From UHGV virus genome UHGV-0213252: a stretch of 36,087 nucleotides of DNA. One strand, 5' to 3'. Position numbers and translations under genes: made by a program. Below the pieces are notes generated by a model. The model searched no databases, was not told where the DNA came from, and worked only from the letters and a program-made list of their open reading frames with translations. The first letter of the stretch is position 1; the number at the start of each line of letters is the position of its first letter. Source of the DNA: a virus. Below, piece by piece: positions 35,774 through 36,087 of this stretch.

Positions 35774-36001
35774 TCACCTCACTATCCTGCGGAGGGTTGC
35801 GTGTCCCCTGATGCGCATCCATACAGGGTCGCTGACGTAGTCTGCCGTGGCGAACTCCCCACATCCGAACCCCTTAGTGTTCCAATGGATCGTCCTCTCA
35901 TTCCTCTTGCAGTACGGTTCGTAACCCCTGAACGTCAGGCTTAGACAATCATGGCATGTGTACCAATCGCGCTTCATGAATGCGTGAATCTTCCCCATCA
36001 T
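35774..36001 (-). CDS. Small Cys-rich protein
   Basis: CHDC...YC...CGEF; AGGAGG RBS. Confidence 0.65.
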   Translation of the reverse strand: MMGKIHAFMKRDWYTCHDCLSLTFRGYEPYCKRNERTIHWNTKGFGCGEFATADYVSDPVWMRIRGHATLRRIVR

Positions 36002-36087
36002 CGCGCCTCCTTTTTCTTGACATTAATGTCGACGATGTTATCTGCATTGATCAGAGTATATCCTCCGTCGATGTCGAGTATAATTGA
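35998..36087 (-). CDS. 3' part of the junction-spanning ORF (SIILDIDGG...KKEAR*)
   Basis: In frame with 117..1; TGA overlaps the ATG at 36001. Confidence 0.75.
   Translation of the reverse strand, partial: SIILDIDGGYTLINADNIVDINVKKKEAR

Larger units (their letters stand above)
1..36087 (-). mobile_element. Complete temperate tailed virus genome (Caudoviricetes, siphovirus-like), probably archaeal
   Basis: Full terminase-portal-head-tail gene set, tyrosine recombinase, co-oriented genes with ATGA overlaps, ORF continuous across the window ends. Confidence 0.92.

Noticed and set aside
1..36087. tRNA genes or a tRNA-derived attP
   Set aside because: No cloverleaf or T-arm/acceptor fragment recognised by eye in the intergenic regions; tRNAscan-SE or ARAGORN would be needed to exclude it

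Overview
The window appears to be a complete, circularly closed 36,087-bp genome of a temperate tailed (siphovirus-like, SPP1-type portal) virus. A minus-strand ORF reads in frame across the end/start junction. Nearly all genes are on the minus strand. Order of transcription: small early genes, then a ParB / queuosine-precursor transporter / TGT-like / DUF6884 / PLD module, terminase, portal, head, tail, Ig and Flg_new adhesins, an invertible receptor-binding cassette, membrane genes, promoter-repeat early genes, a tyrosine recombinase, an ERF recombinase, and many small HTH/RHH/Zn-finger genes. TATA-box promoters, GGAGG(TGA) RBSs, amber-stop avoidance, Flg_new repeats and the lack of any endolysin suggest an archaeal host, probably Methanomassiliicoccales (inference). 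The most notable elements are: (1) a 1.15-kb AT-rich segment bounded by 36-bp inverted repeats that would swap the C-terminus of a tail-fibre/adhesin; (2) a salvage-type 7-deazaguanine DNA-modification module resembling a miniature Dpd system, with a (GA)9 tract in the transglycosylase gene and 31-bp repeats on both sides; (3) a candidate hairpin small RNA complementary to the RBS of two genes that share a duplicated promoter; (4) several structured leaders. All family assignments come from motif recognition by eye, not database searches.
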